Under the pieces are notes generated by a model. That model searched no databases. It saw only the letters and a list, made by a program, of their open reading frames with translations, and was not told the DNA's origin. From positions 1-64,000 of IMG/VR virus record IMGVR_UViG_3300000301_000012: a stretch of 64,000 nucleotides of DNA; one strand, 5' to 3'. The DNA is from a virus. A program made the position numbers and the translations under genes. The first letter of the stretch is position 1, and the number at the start of each line of letters is the position of its first letter. This document shows, in pieces, positions 1 to 6,451 of this stretch.

Positions 1-287
1 GGCATCCAATACAGAATGTCCAAGGCCATAAGCAATTCAGAACAATTAACGTTGTATCTCTGCCATTTCCCACGCTTGTTGATGTAAAACTCTCCGACAA
101 ATCCGCAGTCCGTAGCAAGCACTCGCTCACCAGGTTCCGGCAGCCGGTCATATACGCTCACCCACTTGTTCGGCTGGGTGAGGGTGGACTGTAGGGCTTT
201 CCTTGCCCAGAAATACGCCTTGGCCTGCTCCTCGTTTTCTGGTACAGCAATCACAAAATACTGATACGCTTTTTCGGCCTCAGTCAT
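1..287 (-). CDS. hypothetical phage protein, DUF551-like (first 95 codons; 3' end beyond window edge)
   Basis: ATG at 287-285 lies 9 nt after GGGAGG and the frame stays open to position 1. The translation contains NKWVSVYDRLPEPGERVLA, a DUF551-type motif. It is missing from the ORF track because no stop lies in the window. Confidence 0.5.
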   Translation of the reverse strand, partial: MTEAEKAYQYFVIAVPENEEQAKAYFWARKALQSTLTQPNKWVSVYDRLPEPGERVLATDCGFVGEFYINKRGKWQRYNVNCSELLMALDILYWM

Positions 288-290
288 CTT

Positions 291-452
291 TCAGCGCCTC
301 CCATCTGTTCTCACTTTTACTCCATATTCTTCTTCAATAGCCTTAATATGCATGGGGCATTTTGGATTCGCTTTACATTTAAGACAATGCCCAGTTTCTT
401 CGTACATTTCCTGTCTGGTAAATGCCTCGTCGTAATCACATATCCTTGTCAT
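291..452 (-). CDS. small Cys-rich hypothetical protein (53 aa)
   Basis: ATG at 452-450 and TGA at 293-291. The translation MTRICDYDEAFTRQEMYEETGHCLKCKANPKCPMH is Cys-rich. Its stop sits inside the ribosome-binding region of the next gene. Confidence 0.35.
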   Translation of the reverse strand: MTRICDYDEAFTRQEMYEETGHCLKCKANPKCPMHIKAIEEEYGVKVRTDGRR

Positions 453-1224
453 ATAGCACCTCCAATCTCTCCATCACCATGTCCACGGCCTCATCCGTCA
501 TGGGAGCGCCGCAGGCAGGGCAAAAATGATTTGGGTCTTCCCAACTATAAAGGTCATGTTCACATCTGGAACATTCATACCATGTGCATCCATCATCGTC
601 GGTCATGCCAATCCACTCACCCTTCCACATCTTTTCAACCTGCTCCCTGGTAGTAAAACTTACAGAGACCAAGAGTGAGGGACTAAGAGTTAAAGCGGGC
701 CGAACCCCGCAAGCGCCGCTGTAGCCCCAATTGTTGTAGTTACCATCGGAGCTGACGTACCAGACGTCGTCGGTGTAGCTGGTGCTCGGGGAGCGGCTTG
801 GCGTTTTCCCAGGTGTTGCGAGCCAATAGATCGTGTCAATCCGAGGAATGATGTCGTAGTATTTCCCGTACTGCTCCAGCGTGAGAAGACCGGCGTGGAC
901 TCTTGCCACCCCGTATTCGTGCTGTCCGAGGGTGCACTTGAGGTCAAGCTTCATCGGAAGAATATCCTCATCCAATTTTGCTCCTGCACTGACCAGTCCC
1001 TCGGTATAGCGTCCTTCGAGGTATGCCCTCACCGAGCTGTCCCTGAAGTCATTCGGCGCAACCTTGTAATCCACTTCATCCTCTCGGAAAGGCATCTCGC
1101 AGACCGTTTCAGTCTCCAGAACGAAAATGCCTTTGTCATCACTGTCCAGAACCGTGTACACATGGCCCCAGATTTCAAAATTCTTCCCTACAGCGACATC
1201 GCTAAGCCTCATTTTCCTAGTCAT
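436..1224 (-). CDS. hypothetical protein with C-terminal CxxC...CxxC zinc ribbon
   Basis: 262-aa ORF from the track ending in TGA. The C-terminus reads CSRCEHD...FCPACG. It lies in the GC-richer block. Confidence 0.6.
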   Translation of the reverse strand: MTRKMRLSDVAVGKNFEIWGHVYTVLDSDDKGIFVLETETVCEMPFREDEVDYKVAPNDFRDSSVRAYLEGRYTEGLVSAGAKLDEDILPMKLDLKCTLGQHEYGVARVHAGLLTLEQYGKYYDIIPRIDTIYWLATPGKTPSRSPSTSYTDDVWYVSSDGNYNNWGYSGACGVRPALTLSPSLLVSVSFTTREQVEKMWKGEWIGMTDDDGCTWYECSRCEHDLYSWEDPNHFCPACGAPMTDEAVDMVMERLEVLYDKDM

Positions 1225-1260
1225 AATTATCCCTTCTCCTTAATTCTAGTTTAGCAGAAA

Positions 1261-1623
1261 TCAGCCTTTTTCAACCATCCATGAATCGCGTCCATGTGTC
1301 CTGTGACGATGAGTGAGGGTAGGTGCACAGGTGATTTCCCGCATAGCCTTATTGAGGCCATAGTTAAATCCGGATTCAAACTCGCTCACTGGTGTTGGTA
1401 TATGGTGCAAGCTGATATCATGCAGCACCTGCACGGCATCAATCGGTTCAATATCGTTCAGCTCCTCTACTTCTATCTTATCACAATCTGTATCTGGCTT
1501 AAACCAGCACATTTCATCTAAAAACATGTCATACGCTTTTTCTTTTGCTTCTTCACCGTTATCTGCTTCCACAATATAGCTGTGGATGTTGTGTTGAATA
1601 AAAGATACTCTGAACTTAGCCAT
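1261..1623 (-). CDS. hypothetical protein
   Basis: 120-aa ORF ending in TGA. It overlaps the upstream gene by 8 nt, a typical phage packing arrangement. Confidence 0.5.
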   Translation of the reverse strand: MAKFRVSFIQHNIHSYIVEADNGEEAKEKAYDMFLDEMCWFKPDTDCDKIEVEELNDIEPIDAVQVLHDISLHHIPTPVSEFESGFNYGLNKAMREITCAPTLTHRHRTHGRDSWMVEKG

Positions 1624-1957
1624 CTTTTAGCACCTCCTCCGGCGGGCGGCGGTAGAATTTTCCATTGCTGCCTTTTGCATATAGATGTTTTCCACTCCAA
1701 GTCGTTAGATTACCTTTATAAACTAAAACCCAACTGTTAATCTGGTCCCACCAAACAGGAGTAGTATCCTCCATGTTTTCCAACTTTTCCAACGTCAACG
1801 CCTCGTTCGGCTGGGTGAGGGCGGAGAGGACAAAGTCAAGCGCTTGTACATCTAAATCAAAAACATATGCCCCATTTTCGTCACTGTCTTTCATGTATTC
1901 GCAATAACTTTTTAGCTTCTCAATTTGTGCAATTGCCTCTTCCTTTGTCATTTTCAT
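1616..1957 (-). CDS. hypothetical protein
   Basis: 113-aa ORF ending in TAA, with GGAGATATCAAGCC upstream of the ATG. Confidence 0.5.
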   Translation of the reverse strand: MKMTKEEAIAQIEKLKSYCEYMKDSDENGAYVFDLDVQALDFVLSALTQPNEALTLEKLENMEDTTPVWWDQINSWVLVYKGNLTTWSGKHLYAKGSNGKFYRRPPEEVLKDG

Positions 1958-2021
1958 GGCTTGATATCTCCTTCTATATTATTGTATAGTTAATTACAAT
2001 GGATTCTTATATTTATTAAAT

Positions 2022-2840
2022 TTACTTTTTATAATTTTGCCCAATCTCTAAACAATCATATATAAAATTATCCAAAATTTCTCTAGCATATTCACTTCTA
2101 ACCTTCGACTTTTTTAATTCTTTTTCGGTTCCATATTTCTTTAAAAATAACTGATAAAAAGATTCTAATTGCTCCATAAAATAATCTCTAAAAGTTTTGG
2201 CTTTATCCAATTCAACAGGCAAAGTTTTCAATTCTCTAAGAAAATCAATATAATTATTAGTAACTTTTAAAGAATATTCAAAATCATTTGAGCTATAATA
2301 ACGTTTTAAAAAATCATAAAGTCGAATAATGTGAACTAATTGTTTTGGGTCATATCCATATTTCTCAATAGTTTCTTTCTTTCCTTCCGTCGGTTTGCTA
2401 AAAAGTTTAACTTTACTTAGCGCCATTCCCCTAGAAACATTTGCAAGAGTTAAAGGGCTTCTATTAGCAATTTTATCTCTCTTTTTTAAAAGATTAAAAA
2501 CGGGTTCTGTAAATTTAGGATTATACATATAATAAGGAGTATAAAGAATCTCCAAGAAATTAATATTTCCTTTATAAAAAGAATTACATATTAATCTAAT
2601 ATCTTGAATTAGATTAAGTCCGCCACTCTCATTATCTTTCTCTTTTGAAATCTTTTTCTTATCGAGATACAACTCGCGCTTTGTAGGGAGAATAATAGTC
2701 TTTACATCTACATCACTTTGTTCAGTTTCAATTCCATAGTTTTGGGAGCCATAAAGACCCATATAAACAAAAGGATGGCTATCTTTATAAATATCTTTAT
2801 AAAATAAGCCCATCTCATTTAAAATATTTGTAACCTCCAT
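2022..2840 (-). CDS. Pol-beta-fold nucleotidyltransferase, RlaP-like
   Basis: The translation has GSQNYGIETEQSDVDVK, the GS...D.D motif of the predicted-nucleotidyltransferase (RNA-repair-associated RlaP) family. Stop is TAA. This is the first gene of the AT-rich part. Confidence 0.65.
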   Translation of the reverse strand: MEVTNILNEMGLFYKDIYKDSHPFVYMGLYGSQNYGIETEQSDVDVKTIILPTKRELYLDKKKISKEKDNESGGLNLIQDIRLICNSFYKGNINFLEILYTPYYMYNPKFTEPVFNLLKKRDKIANRSPLTLANVSRGMALSKVKLFSKPTEGKKETIEKYGYDPKQLVHIIRLYDFLKRYYSSNDFEYSLKVTNNYIDFLRELKTLPVELDKAKTFRDYFMEQLESFYQLFLKKYGTEKELKKSKVRSEYAREILDNFIYDCLEIGQNYKK

Positions 2841-2849
2841 ATATTCTCC

Positions 2850-3047
2850 TTACTCAACAAAATAATCAATACTATAAGTATTAATTGTATCTATTTGAAT
2901 AATACTTTCTGGATGTACTATTTGCATAATTTTAGCTTCTGCTTTCTTTTTCGCATTCCAATCTGTGTCAGCTATTACCATTAACATTTTTTCTTCTTCA
3001 GTCGTAGCTGTCTGATAATAAACTTTAATCTTATAAGCTGTTTTCAT
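2850..3047 (-). CDS. hypothetical protein (65 aa)
   Basis: ORF from the track with AGGAGACTAAGAA before the ATG and a TAA stop. Confidence 0.45.
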   Translation of the reverse strand: MKTAYKIKVYYQTATTEEEKMLMVIADTDWNAKKKAEAKIMQIVHPESIIQIDTINTYSIDYFVE

Positions 3048-3102
3048 TTCTTAGTCTCCTTTCCTTTTCTATTTATATTATACTAAAATTTTAAAATAAA
3101 AT

Positions 3103-3132
3103 CAAAAAGGGAGCCGAATTTCTCCAGCTCCC
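3103..3132 (-). terminator. rho-independent terminator (minus strand)
   Basis: Stem GGGAGC (3127-3132 complement) pairs with GCTCCC, followed by TTTTT on the minus strand. Confidence 0.5.
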
Positions 3133-3136
3133 TTAA

Positions 3137-3222
3137 GTATATGTCCGCAAACATATACCCCAATTTTTCTTAAATTGGGGTATATGTCCGTAAACATATA
3201 CCCCAATTTTTCTTAAATTGGG
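3137..3222. repeat. tandem 43-nt direct repeat (2 copies), each unit holding two hairpins
   Basis: The unit gtatatgtccgYaaacatataccccaatttttcttaaattggg occurs at 3137-3179 and 3180-3222 with one mismatch. Each unit folds as GTATATGT/ACATATAC and CCCCAATTT/AAATTGGGG. Confidence 0.8.
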
Positions 3223-3335
3223 TAATGTCATCCCATCAGACATTTATTAAGGCGCAGTAACGTTACGCCACCCTATTTAAATTTTAGAGATTAGTAAAAA
3301 TAGCTTCGCCACGTAAAGGCTCTCTAATGAAGCCG

Positions 3336-3421
3336 CGCCAGAGAGAGGATTCGAACCTCCAAGCCATTTCTGACCGGCACTTTTCAAGAGTGCTGCTCTC
3401 ACCATACTGAGCGACTCTGGC
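3336..3421 (-). tRNA. tRNA-Ser(UGA)
   Basis: Acceptor GCCAGAG/CTCTGGC. Anticodon stem GCACT/AGTGC with loop CUUGAAA. Long variable arm, T-loop TTCGAAT, no encoded CCA. Confidence 0.85.
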
Positions 3422-3429
3422 ATATAAAA

Positions 3430-3504
3430 TGGTACCCACACCCAGAATCGAACTGAGATAGCGGCCTTAGAAGGACCGAGTTCTATCCGTTGAACTATAT
3501 GGGC
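3430..3504 (-). tRNA. tRNA-Arg(UCU)
   Basis: Acceptor GCCCATA/TGTGGGT. Anticodon stem CGGTC/GGCCG with loop CUUCUAA. T-arm CTCAG-TTCGATT-CTGGG, encoded CCA. Confidence 0.85.
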
Positions 3505-3511
3505 ATATAAC

Positions 3512-3598
3512 TAGACATAGTGAAGGAATCGAACCCTCTCAAGTAAAATTTTACAGATTTTCTTTTTAACCAAAAAATTTTTGCTGTTACTATGTCTA
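3512..3598 (-). ncRNA. tRNA-like RNA (GUA anticodon-like loop, canonical T-arm, aberrant D region); member of the ACAGCAAUU-box family
   Basis: A 9-bp terminal stem TAGACATAG/CTATGTCTA is followed by the box TAACAGCAA and the hairpin AAAAT-CUGUAAA-ATTTT. T-arm is GAGGG-TTCGATT-CCTTC. No normal D-arm is present. Confidence 0.45.
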
Positions 3599-3599
3599 T

Positions 3600-3695
3600 T
3601 GGCGCAACCGAGTAGACTCGAACTACCACATCAGATTTCTCCGATTACTCTCAACTTAGCAGGTTGATTCCTTACCCAATTAGGATTACGGCTGC
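3600..3695 (-). tRNA. tRNA-Ser(GCU)
   Basis: Acceptor GCAGCCG/CGGTTGC. Anticodon stem TCAAC/GTTGA with loop CUGCUAA. Long variable arm, T-loop TTCGAGT, encoded CCA. Confidence 0.85.
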
Positions 3696-3702
3696 ATAAA
3701 CT

Positions 3703-3766
3703 AGGCGCACTAACATCATCTACAAATTTATGGCGCAGATTGTTAATAGAATTGCAGTAAGCGCCT
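3703..3766 (-). ncRNA. acceptor-stem-like hairpin spacer with conserved box (family member)
   Basis: Terminal stem AGGCGC(T)/(A)GCGCCT, with the box TTACTGCAATT directly after the 5' arm on the minus strand. Confidence 0.35.
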
Positions 3767-3793
3767 TTTAGATTTATTGGACTTAATTTCAAC

Positions 3794-3867
3794 TGGCAGC
3801 GGTAGATGGTTACGCTCCACCTCCAAAGGTGTCAAAGACCTTTGTACTACTATTATACGATACCGCC
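3794..3867 (-). tRNA. tRNA-Gln(UUG)
   Basis: Acceptor GGCGGTA/TACCGCT (G1-U72) with discriminator G. Anticodon stem AAGGT/ACCTT with loop CUUUGAC. Unusual T-loop AGCGTAA, encoded CCA. Confidence 0.75.
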
Positions 3868-3870
3868 ATA

Positions 3871-3947
3871 TGGACCAGCAGACGAGATTTGAACTCGCAA
3901 CATCCTACTTGGAAGGCAGGTGCTCTAGCCAACTGAACTACTGCTGG
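3871..3947 (-). tRNA. tRNA-Gly(UCC)
   Basis: Acceptor CCAGCAG/CTGCTGG. Anticodon stem CCTGC/GTAGG with loop CUUCCAA. T-arm GCGAG-TTCAAAT-CTCGT, encoded CCA. Confidence 0.8.
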
Positions 3948-3951
3948 ATAT

Positions 3952-4091
3952 TGGTACTAGCGGGTGGAATCGAACCACCGGCAACAGGTTTTGGTGAGTT
4001 AAAAAGGTCTTGCACCTTCATCTTTTTAAAGGTTTTACTTTTAAACTATTAACCCATAAGACCTGCCCCATCACCACTTGGGTACGCTAGT
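3952..4091 (-). tRNA. interrupted tRNA; becomes a perfect 76-nt tRNA-Ile(UAU)-type cloverleaf if the 64-nt insert is removed
   Basis: Acceptor ACTAGCG/CGCTAGT, D-arm CCCA-AGTGGTGA-TGGG, anticodon stem CAGGT/ACCTG, T-arm GGTGG-TTCGATT-CCACC, then A-CCA. The loop halves CUUAU and AA are separated by 3992-4055. Confidence 0.6.
3992..4055 (-). ncRNA. tRNA-shaped insert lacking an anticodon arm, nested in an anticodon loop
   Basis: Reads GGGTTAA-TA-GTTT-AAAAGTA-AAAC-(12 nt)-GAAGG-TGCAAGA-CCTTT-TTAACTC-A-CCA. It has a 7-bp acceptor stem, D-arm, T-arm, discriminator and CCA. Confidence 0.5.
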
Positions 4092-4099
4092 ATATAGAC

Positions 4100-4159
4100 A
4101 AGACACCTTTGTTTCACAAATTGGCCATTTGTTGCAAGAAAAATTGCTGTTAGTGTCTT
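4100..4159 (-). ncRNA. acceptor-stem-like hairpin spacer with conserved box (family member)
   Basis: Terminal stem AAGACAC/GTGTCTT, then box TAACAGCAATT. Inner hairpins are GCAA-TTTTTC-TTGC and ACAAA-TGGCCAA-TTTGT. Confidence 0.4.
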
Positions 4160-4161
4160 AA

Positions 4162-4236
4162 TGGTTGTGACAGAAAGAATCGAACTTTCATGACGGCGTT
4201 ATCAGCACCGCATACTAACCATTGTATTATGTCACA
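4162..4236 (-). tRNA. tRNA-Ile(GAU)
   Basis: Acceptor TGTGACA/TGTCACA. Anticodon stem CGGTG/CGCCG with loop CUGAUAA. T-arm GAAAG-TTCGATT-CTTTC, A-CCA. Confidence 0.85.
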
Positions 4237-4239
4237 ATA

Positions 4240-4313
4240 TGGAGGCCAACCTCAGAATCAAACTGAGAACGAGAGGTTACAAAGCTCTTGTTTTATCATT
4301 AAACTAGTCGGCC
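4240..4313 (-). tRNA. tRNA-Thr(UGU)
   Basis: Acceptor GGCCGAC/GTTGGCC, D-arm GTTT-AATGATA-AAAC, loop UUUGUAA (one C-C mismatch closes the anticodon stem). T-arm CTCAG-TTTGATT-CTGAG, encoded CCA. Confidence 0.75.
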
Positions 4314-4318
4314 ATAAC

Positions 4319-4398
4319 TAGACGCTATTAACTATTAAATTAAATATATAGGGTTATATTTAGACCAAGATATTTAAATAAATTGCCGTAAGCGTCTA
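4319..4398 (-). ncRNA. acceptor-stem-like hairpin spacer with conserved box (family member)
   Basis: Terminal stem TAGACGCT/AGCGTCTA, with the box TTACGGCAATT after the 5' arm on the minus strand. Confidence 0.35.
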
Positions 4399-4409
4399 AT
4401 AAAAATTTC

Positions 4410-4486
4410 AAAGCACAATTAAGTAATATTTATCTTCTTGTCACAAAGTATCTTAAACTTAAAGTTCAAATTGCTGAATGTGCTTT
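4410..4486 (-). ncRNA. acceptor-stem-like hairpin spacer with conserved box (family member)
   Basis: Terminal stem AAAGCACA/TGTGCTTT, followed by the box TTCAGCAATT. Confidence 0.35.
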
Positions 4487-4488
4487 AT

Positions 4489-4564
4489 TGGTGCGCCAGG
4501 CGGTACTCGAAACCGCGGTCCCTTGATTAAAAGTCAAGTGCTTTACCAACTAAGCTACTGGCAC
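4489..4564 (-). tRNA. tRNA-Lys(UUU)
   Basis: Acceptor GTGCCAG/CTGGCGC. Anticodon stem CTTGA/TCAAG with loop CUUUUAA. T-arm GCGGT-TTCGAGT-ACCGC, A-CCA. Confidence 0.85.
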
Positions 4565-4616
4565 AAAATGCGTGTTTTACTTCCCGCCGGAAGATAAATA
4601 TATTTCCCAATCCTAT

Positions 4617-5054
4617 TTAGTTCTCTACGTTAAGCTTCATATTCTCATAAATATCTTTAAACTTCATATCCTCATAAATATCTACAATATTATGAGAATC
4701 TTCCTCTCGTACCCTAGCTACTCGTTCACGTTCCTCCTGATCCATTTCCACTTCCATCAAATTGAAAAAATGTTCCATAAATCGGTGAAGAGCCTTAGTC
4801 CTATCCTTCTCATACTTCAAGGAAGCTCGACGAGCCGCCATAATACGACCGATTTCCTCGTTAAAAACATCACCAGGCGCGCACTTAGCAACACCAACAT
4901 ACTTCTTCTTTAGCTTCAATACTTCGTACAATACAACAGGATTAAAGAGGTAAGGATTTTTAGCTCTCTTCAAAACAAGCTTATATACATCCTTATCACA
5001 ATTGTCAATAGTTGCCTTAACGATACCTGCTTCCTTGTCTACAAAGTACTTCAT
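4617..5054 (-). CDS. hypothetical protein embedded in the tRNA array
   Basis: 145-aa ORF with AAAGGAGTTTAAATT before the ATG and a TAA stop. Confidence 0.6.
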   Translation of the reverse strand: MKYFVDKEAGIVKATIDNCDKDVYKLVLKRAKNPYLFNPVVLYEVLKLKKKYVGVAKCAPGDVFNEEIGRIMAARRASLKYEKDRTKALHRFMEHFFNLMEVEMDQEERERVARVREEDSHNIVDIYEDMKFKDIYENMKLNVEN

Positions 5055-5139
5055 AATTTAAACTCCTTTTCTTTTTTTAAGTTTGTATAACTATTATACT
5101 TATTTTTTGTAGAACTTTCAAATTTTTTCTATCAGATGC

Positions 5140-5222
5140 TGGTGCGTTTGACAGGACTCGAACCTGCAAGCCGAAGCAACAGAACCTAAATCTGTCGAGT
5201 TTACCAATTTCTCCACAAACGC
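5140..5222 (-). tRNA. tRNA-Leu(UAG)
   Basis: Acceptor GCGTTTG/CAAACGC. Anticodon stem ACAGA/TCTGT with loop UUUAGGU. Long variable arm TGCTTCGGCT, T-loop TTCGAGT, A-CCA. Confidence 0.85.
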
Positions 5223-5564
5223 ATATTAAGTGCCTAGCTACCTCGTAAAACTAGGCGGGCTAGTGCTTCTCACCCGTAGGCATTACCCTTACCTTATCGG
5301 TTTACATCCACACTATATCACCACTATTATTTAATGGGTAATTCGCAGCGAGGTTTTTAACGATAATCTTATATTTTCTGGACAACATAAAATTGCGCTA
5401 TTTATTCTTCCAAATTAGCCCTAAAAAGTTTCATCTTAATATGCTTGTTAGGAATCTGCGCCCGTTTTGTTATTCATAGCTTTACTTTTAGTTATAAGTT
5501 CCTAGGTTTTATAACTAAAAGTTACCAATATTCCGAATCCCACGGAATAATATAAGATTATCTT
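5223..5564 (-). ncRNA. unassigned structured non-coding block (about 340 nt)
   Basis: No ORF on either strand. A 13-bp long-range pairing joins GATAATCTTATAT (5549-5561) to ATATAAGATTATC (5362-5374). A 13-bp hairpin spans about 5483-5525. Further pairings are ATTACCC/GGGTAAT and GCCTAG/CTAGGC. Confidence 0.4.
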
Positions 5565-5641
5565 TGGTAGTCACTAACAGACTCGAACTGTTGACCTCCT
5601 CGGTGTAAACGAGGCGTTCTAACCAACTGAACTAAGCGACT
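5565..5641 (-). tRNA. tRNA-Val(UAC)
   Basis: Acceptor AGTCGCT/AGTGACT. Anticodon stem CCTCG/CGAGG with loop UUUACAC. T-arm AACAG-TTCGAGT-CTGTT, A-CCA. Confidence 0.85.
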
Positions 5642-5647
5642 ATATAA

Positions 5648-5676
5648 GTGACTAATTATTTTAATTTGCTAGTCAC
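5648..5676 (-). ncRNA. short hairpin spacer with conserved box remnant (family member)
   Basis: Stem GTGACTA/TAGTCAC with a 15-nt loop that begins GCAAATT on the minus strand. Confidence 0.3.
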
Positions 5677-5746
5677 CAACAAATAGATGTTTGGGACACA
5701 CACAGTGGAGGGCACGGTCAGATTCGAACTGACGACACGCTGGTTA

Positions 5747-6415
5747 TGGCGTCAACTATGAGATTTGAACTCATATCTTTTCCCATTCTATATCAGAGTA
5801 TTTTTGAATATCTTTTCTCTTTGACGGTAAATTATACTTTTTACACCATTTACGAACAGCATTATCTGAAACTTTAAACATTTTTCCAATTGTAGTAAAC
5901 GGAGTATTTCTTATTAAGGATTTTAATTCTTCTCTACTTATTATATTTTTTTCTCTTAAACATTTCTAACATAACCCTGTTTTATTATTTGCAATTTCTT
6001 TTTTACAAGAAGAACAATAATATTGATGTTTTTTTGGATTTTTTAATTCTTCTGCTATATTTTTGTCATAAATTCTTTTTTGCTCAAGATATTCTTTAGT
6101 ATAAAAACCATCATGAACTTCTCTATGACAATTTGCACATAATAAAATACATTTCTAAATTTCTTGTAAATCTTCTTCCAAATTATGACAAATTCCTTTA
6201 GAAGAAATTCCGTACTCTTTTTCTTCAGGTCTTATATGATGAAATTCTAATGCACTTTTGCTTCTATTATAGCCACAAATATTACATTTATCACCACAAA
6301 CCCTTATTAAATTTTCTTTTCTTCTTCGTCTAAAATCAGAAGTTGCCTAACTACTCATAAATTTCACCATCAAACAATAGAATACAAAGAAAAATATTTC
6401 TTATACTAAGCTGAC
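5747..6415 (-). mobile_element. tRNA-shaped shell carrying an HNH endonuclease gene, nested in an anticodon loop
   Basis: The 5' end reads GTCAGCT-TA-GTAT-AAGAA-ATAT and the 3' end ATGAG-TTCAAAT-CTCAT-AGTTGAC-G-CCA. The acceptor stem has 7 bp including one G-U. The ORF replaces the anticodon arm. None of the ACGG...CCGTGCYAA group I core seen in the other three introns is present. Confidence 0.5.
5771..6358 (-). CDS. HNH homing endonuclease (3 in-frame TAG)
   Basis: ATG at 6358 and TGA at 5773-5771. The translation has CGDKCNICGY...EFHHI...CANCHREVH. TAG falls in the context GLC-TAG-KC. Not in the ORF track because TAG breaks it. Confidence 0.8.
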
Positions 6416-6451
6416 ACAGCCAGCTGCTCTGACCAACTGAGCTACGCACCC

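Larger units (their letters stand above)
5706..6451 (-). tRNA. interrupted tRNA; a 77-nt cloverleaf with loop CUGUUAA (GUU, Asn-type) if the 669-nt insert is removed
   Basis: The 5' part (6451-6416) reads GGGTGCG-TA-GCTC-AGTTGGTCA-GAGC-A-GCTGG-CTGT. The 3' part (5746-5706) reads TAA-CCAGC-GTGTC-GTCAG-TTCGAAT-CTGAC-CGTGCCC-T-CCA. Other junction choices give GAU, CAU or GUG. Confidence 0.55.

Noticed and set aside
348-1254. Track ORFs 348-653(+), 690-947(-), 895-1254(+), 1294-1521(+) and 1518-1700(-)
   Set aside because: They are overlapping or antisense shadows of the longer minus-strand genes in the GC-richer block, and no start signals are visible.
3137-3222. CRISPR array
   Set aside because: There are only two directly abutting repeat units with no spacers.
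5747-6415. A group I intron explanation for the HNH-containing insert in the split tRNA
   Set aside because: Only about 55 nt precede the ORF and about 25 nt follow it. The ACGG...CCGTGCYAA and TGTAACGACTATC-type core elements visible in the three clear group I introns of this window are absent.
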